Made by a program: the position numbers and the translations under genes. From Mobula birostris (Eukaryota): DNA of 64,000 bases. Under the pieces are notes generated by a model. It was not told the origin of the DNA. It made no database searches and saw only the letters and a program-made list of their open reading frames with translations. Shown here one piece after another: positions 60,749 through 64,000 of this stretch. Where the stretch lies: contig NC_092380.1 in assembly GCF_030028105.1 (NCBI RefSeq), positions 69,871,717 through 69,935,716 of the forward strand, written 5' to 3'. The first letter of the stretch is position 1; each line of letters starts with the position of its first letter.

Positions 60749-63554
60749 TATTCCATAAGTAGTTTAGTAAGAAAAAAGAAGTTCCCTTCTAGGTTAACTT
60801 GCAGGTTTGTCTTGAATTCGTACAATGAAAAGATCTCCATTCATTTCATAATGGAAGATTTAATGTTGACCCTTAGGGATGAACCAGTCCCTAAAGTGAT
60901 CTTACATGTATTTACATGAACTCAAACTAGGTTTCATGGAGTCATTAAAACATAAGAAATAGTCATTTATATTCCTCTTAGTAAGTCACTCCAGCAGCTT
61001 TTTCAAGTTCTAATCTCGTTTACTCCATAATCTCCTCAGAGACAACTTCGTCCCTCCAATTCTGCCTTCTTAATCTTCCCTAAATTCTCTTCCTAAATCT
61101 ATCTGTTTCTTTATTTCTCTTTTCTCCCTTCTGAGATTCCCCAAAATTTAGTTGCTTGGCTAAGTTTGTGTTCATCTGTTCTAATTTCTCTATGAAGTGA
61201 CTTGGTATCTTTTTTCTTGCTGTTCCTTCTAAAGTATCTTGACTATTTTGCTAATTAGTGGTCATTATATCAATACAAGTTGCTGCTGCTAACTTTGAGC
61301 AATGATGTCCAGGATAACAAGTATGTAGAAATGAGTCAAAGACATTGAATTCATGTTGCTTTTCAGTGTGTTATTAGTAATATGGTCTGTGTCTATTATT
61401 CCTTGGTGCAAACAAATGTATTTGGTGTGGATAGGCATTAACAGCTGACATGTTCAAGTTGGGCTAAGTAGTCCATTTCTTTGCTGTATAACTTAATGCT
61501 TCTCCGATGATATTTAGTATCTAATGAGGCCTGTGATTCGCAGGTAGGTGATAAATAGCCCAAGGTATTTGGGAAAATAAAGTATTTATAACTGATAGCA
61601 GTTCTGCAAGATGTCAAGTTACCAGTGGATCATTAAAGATTGGAATGAACATACTGAAGAAAATGTGCGTAAGTTTCTGGATAATGTTGAAAGTACATCC
61701 AAGTGTGGATGCAAAAGATACAAAGCCTATAAATAAGTTTTGATAAATGGAAGAAGGTAACCTTCTCTGTCATTGTTTCTAAATATAGACAAGTGTAGAA
61801 TAACTGTTACTCATTGTTTTACATGTGTTGTGATGGACAGGCAGAGATTATGACCCCCACAAGACCATTCTTTATAAGGCCCAGCAACAATTGTTATGTA
61901 AGTCCTTTCAAAGTACCAACCAGAATTAAGGTGTCTATAATGAGAAGTTATCATACCTTATACATGTAGGTATAAATCTTTAACATCTATTATGAAAGAG
62001 CAAGGCACTGAGTAGTGAACACATAGAACACTGTGAATAATCTTTCTATTTGCAAAAATACCCATCAAGTATCACTGTTTGCTTCCTAACAGTCGATCAA
62101 TTTTTATGCAATTTGCCACCTGCCCCCTTGGATTTCATTGGCTTTTACTTTTACTTAGGCCATTTAGATCCTCATCATAAGCCTCGCCTGAATTCATGTA
62201 GAGTACATCAAAAGCACTTACTCATCAACAGTCTGTTACCTCTTCAAAAAGTTCAATCACGCCCATCGTACATGATCTTCCCTTAACAAATTATCTTAAG
62301 GATTCATCCCATCCTATTGAATAAATAACAATTTACTCACCATCAAAATTAAACTGTAATTACTTGGTTTATCTCTTCCTTTTCAAGCAACAGTACCATG
62401 TTAGACGTTCTCTGGTCATCTGGGACCAAAAGTCTATGCAGGTAGGATTGAAAAACTGAAAACCCTACAGTTCTATTTCATCATATTAATTTTCCATGAA
62501 TTTAATTAAACTAATTATCACTACCACAAAACATTCTCCCACTCCTACTCCATTTACCCGCCCAGTCTCCTTCCCTAAAACTAGACCTCTGCATTCCTCT
62601 TGTTTGGGAATGTTGGGACAGACTGTCATAAGAGAATACAGTTTAGGACGTCTGTGCCCTCCATGCCTTTTATACTAACTGCATCAGAGTTAATAGTAGG
62701 TCATTGAAATTGCTACTTTCGATAATAGAATATTTTCAAATGCCCTAATGTTAAGTGCATTTGCAATCGTCATGAGTTTGCCTACAGATTTGCTCTTTAT
62801 CTCCCTTGAACTGTTCTCAACGGTGTGATTAAGGATTTAAGCAGGCAATCTAAAGATGTTTATTTTCAATATGGCAAACTCACTAACCATCTACCTGGTG
62901 TTATTTGTGTGGAAAATCTCAGATAACTTGAGAAAATGAGAGGGAGTATTTGGAAATGCAAGGGCCAATTGATTATTTCCTGGAAACACAATATTGACAA
63001 AAATGAGCCATGATTGTTATTTGAATGGTAGTATTGGCAGTATATCCCGAATCTTCAAACTGACCTTCTAGTTTCTATGTTCCCATAGATATTTATTAGT
63101 GATTTTCTGACTGATGGATAGTTATGGGAATACAACAAATTATTAGTGTATATGGCTTTCAATTATGAAAGTATCTTCATTAGCACTTGATGGAAGAATT
63201 TGGGTTTAAGATTGGAAAACATTTTTCTTGAACTGTAAGCATAAAGGATTCTGTAAATGGTTGTTAGTTAAAATGAAGAATATAGGGAGGAGAAGCCAAA
63301 AACACTTTAGTTATTAAAACTAATACCTTTGCTGCAAGCCAACATACCAGTGTTATGCCTTAATAATTTAAACAGACATTAACACAATTATTTACTGATG
63401 CTGTGATTTTAATTTTGAAAAAATAACAAAATACCAATCTATTTAATATTTTCTAAAGAATTATATATTTCTTGTAACATTTATAATAAACTCTTCTTGT
63501 TTAAGTAGATTATTCGTAAAGTTTTTCAAAAATTCAGCGCCCATCTTACAGCAC

Positions 63555-63815
63555 AGAAAACACAAGAAAATCCAGAGTAGGCGTAGCCCACCAGGCCCCT
63601 CAAGCCTGCCTTGTCATTCAGTGTGATCAAGGCTGACCTATGCTGGTCTCAACTCCTCTTCTGTGCCAGTTCCCCATAACCTTCATTTTACGAATCTTCC
63701 AAATGTATATCTACCTCCACTTTCGATATATCTACTGAATTGGCCTCCGCCACCCATGCAGTAGAGAATTCCAGAGATTCTCTACTTTCTGAAAGAAGAA
63801 ATTTTAATACATCAG
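63555..63815 (-). mobile_element. CR1 3' end fragment
   Basis: ggcccctcaagcctgcc..attca..gatcaaggctga; gagaattccagagattc..aagaagaaattt. Confidence 0.6.
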
Positions 63816-64000
63816 CAGAAAATGGGAATCTCGATTCTATGCTCATTAAAAGCCAACTGCTTACCAGAAACAATTTACAGAGGGTGTCACTTTAGTTTTG
63901 TCATTTGATAAATGAACCATTGGTTGTCTAGCTGATGTGCATCCTTTCCTAACTTCAGTGACAATGTGATTCTGCTACAAGCAGGATTTTTATAGATGAA

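Noticed and set aside
51638-64000. ABCC8 exon 11 (short IFMN..IPIAAVL exon); also exon 4 upstream of 6173
   Set aside because: No matching sequence found by eye; probably outside the window, though a 41-bp exon could be missed.

Overview
Vertebrate genomic DNA. The repeat landscape (CR1/HER1-type LINEs, HE1-like V-SINEs, Penelope-like elements, Rex1/Babar, Tc1) suggests a cartilaginous fish, probably a ray; this is inference. The window lies inside one + strand gene, ABCC8 (sulfonylurea receptor SUR1, KATP channel regulatory subunit). Six coding exons equivalent to human exons 5-10 are present (6173-6415, 16854-17042, 19831-19995, 25976-26131, 46165-46299, 51475-51637). All have AG/GT ends and lengths of 243/189/165/156/135/163 bp, matching human ABCC8 as I recall them. 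The rest is intron, largely decayed and often nested transposons. Main points of interest: (1) a dispersed family of Penelope-derived elements carrying a minimal type I hammerhead ribozyme motif (CAGTC-CTGAYGA-A-GGGT-NNCG-GCCC-GAAAC-GTC/GACTG). It includes a 1.74-kb Penelope copy, ~220-230 bp palindromic mini-elements with target-site duplications (TSDs), and a 349-nt terminally redundant unit resembling a reverse-transcribed circular retrozyme RNA. (2) An interleaved A-B-A'-B' inverted duplication at 428-1120 with a template-switch signature. (3) An internally inverted Tc1 element hosting a SINE and a CR1. Most listed ORFs are transposon debris or microsatellite artefacts. Repeat boundaries were read by eye and are approximate unless a TSD is given.
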